Assembly (NCBI RefSeq): GCF_006345805.1
Contig: NC_043004.1
Location: forward strand, 86,862,001 to 86,926,000
Source: Octopus sinensis
Lineage: Eukaryota
Direction of reading: 5' to 3'
DNA length: 64,000 nucleotides
The notes beneath the pieces are model-generated. The model was not told the DNA's origin, searched no databases, and saw only the letters and a list, made by a program, of their open reading frames with translations. Of the stretch, positions 62,262-64,000 are shown piece by piece (position 1 is the first letter of the stretch; every line of letters starts with the position of its first letter). The translations under genes were made by a program, and so were the position numbers.

Positions 62262-63477
62262 CTATAATGAAATGCCTTTTAAATTTGTGGCTTGAATAGT
62301 ACAATTGATCCTACATATAGAGATGTTCCACTTTCCCAACTTATTATAAAATGTTTGTTGAAAAATGTGAAATATGTTGTCATGCGAACCAGTCCTCTTG
62401 CTGATAAATTAGATAAGCTCTCTACTTTGAGGGTAATCTCAGGACAGTAGGACACAAGTAGAGTGTTAAAGATGTTGGCATGGAAATCTATGATTGCTGA
62501 CAACAGCAGGCATGGAGGGGGAGGGGAAAGAGATTGCACCCACATGCATTTAGTTGAATAAATATTTTGTATTCAGTAGTTTGTTGTTCTGAAAATAAAA
62601 TTTTGTGTAACAAAAATTACCCGTGCTGGTAACCATGTAAAAAGCACCCAGTACACTCTGTAAAGTGGTTGGCATTAGGAAGGGAATCCAGCTGTGGAAA
62701 CCTTGCCAAATTGCCAAAATAGACAATTGGATCCTGGTACAGCTCTCTGGCTGGCCAGCTCTTGTCAAACTGTCCAACCCATATCAGCATTGAAAATGGA
62801 TGTTAAATGATGATGATGATGCATGTATCCACAAAAATAATTGTATGAAATATAGCACATAAATTGGTTTGAAATCTTTTTGTAATTAAGAAGCTCATTT
62901 TGCAACCCTGTGATTTTGGGGTCAGTGTTCTGTGCATCACCTTGGGCAAGTATCTTCTGCTATAATCTTGGGTTAAGCAATGCCTTGTGACTGAATTTGG
63001 TAGATGGGAACTGTGTGGAAGCCTGTTGTATATAATCATCATCATGTAATATCTGCTTTCCATGCTGGCATGGGTTGGTTGGTTTGAATGGAGCTGGCCG
63101 GCTGGAGAGCTACGCTAGGTTCCATTTATCTGTTTTGGCATGGTTTCTGCAGCTGGATGCCCTTCCTAACCCCAACCACTTTACAGAGTGTACTGGATGT
63201 ATTTCTGTCACTCCCTCATTCACCTGACAACCAATATTGGTTTGTTTATGTCCCTATAACTTAGCATTTAGTTAAAAGAGACCAGTGGAATCAGTGCCTG
63301 ACATAAAATTAAGCACTGGGGTCGATTTGTTTGACTGAACCCTTGAAGGCAATAATGCCTGATTTGGCTGCAATCTTGTGATCGAAAGCAGTAAATGAAA
63401 AATCCTGAGATATGTATAGTCGTGTAAATGTCATTCACTCGTCATTCTTTGCTTTTAACTTTTAATTTAATTAACAG

Positions 63478-63584
63478 GACAATGGTGATGATTTCACATA
63501 CACAGGAAGTGGTGGCAGAGATCTGTCAGGGAACAAAAGAACTGCAGAGCAATCTTGTGATCAGACCTTAACTCGATATAACAA
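63478..63584 (+). CDS. UHRF1: UHRF1 coding exon 11 (SRA NKR finger)
   Basis: Acceptor ttaacag|[39 protein letters not shown]. 107 nt, donor AA|GTAAGT. Confidence 0.96.
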
Positions 63585-63689
63585 GTAAGTTTATAACCTT
63601 GTTTGCTCTGTATTGTAATTTTATCAATATCTTAACAAACATCACTTTCATGTCTATCCTTTTTTTTTTTTTTCTCTTTTGGCAATCAG

Positions 63690-63852
63690 GGCCCTTGCAC
63701 GCAACTGCAATGCTCCACTGGATGATAAGAAAGGTACTGAAGCTAAGGACTGGCGTGCTGGTAAGCCTGTACGTGTAGTGCGCAGTTGTAAAGGCCGCAA
63801 ACATTCCAAATACGCTCCTCTAGAAGGCAATCGATATGATGGTATTTATAAG
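63690..63852 (+). CDS. UHRF1: UHRF1 coding exon 12 (SRA); gene continues beyond the window
   Basis: Acceptor caatcag|[33 protein letters not shown]...[10 protein letters not shown]. 163 nt, followed by AAG|GCAAGT (GC donor); read-through stops at 63874-63876. Confidence 0.9.
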
Positions 63853-64000
63853 GCAAGTGATTGTTGGATTTTCTGAAATCTAACAGTACTTTGTGATTTT
63901 AACATTAGCATTCAGATTACTTTGTCAAACGTAATGCTTATTTGTTCATATTGCTTTGAATTTATTAAACATTATCTCGTACCTTCAAGATTTCAACAAT

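Overview
This is an AT-rich, repeat-dense metazoan window; the repeat families and microsatellite load point to an Octopus-like cephalopod (inference). It contains one protein-coding gene, a UHRF1 ortholog on the + strand. I could splice 12 coding exons (8590 to 63852) into one open 2043-nt frame of 681 codons covering UBL, tandem Tudor, PHD and most of SRA. The PBR and RING domains lie beyond the window end. Notable gene features are a 37,184-nt first intron splitting the UBL domain, a ~112-residue insertion inside the tandem Tudor domain, a likely GC-AG intron, and three E2F-type sites around the start codon. The rest is transposon-derived: tRNA-head SINEs, RTE and CR1/Jockey-like LINE remnants, piggyBac-, hAT-, Tc2- and mariner-type MITEs, Helitron-like elements and microsatellites. 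The most unusual object is a head-to-head pair of tRNA-head SINEs 55 nt downstream of exon 4. Their 3' parts together reconstruct a minimal Penelope-type hammerhead ribozyme, with each copy carrying different inactivating changes. Exon boundaries were read base by base; repeat boundaries are approximate; family names are from motif recognition, not database searches.
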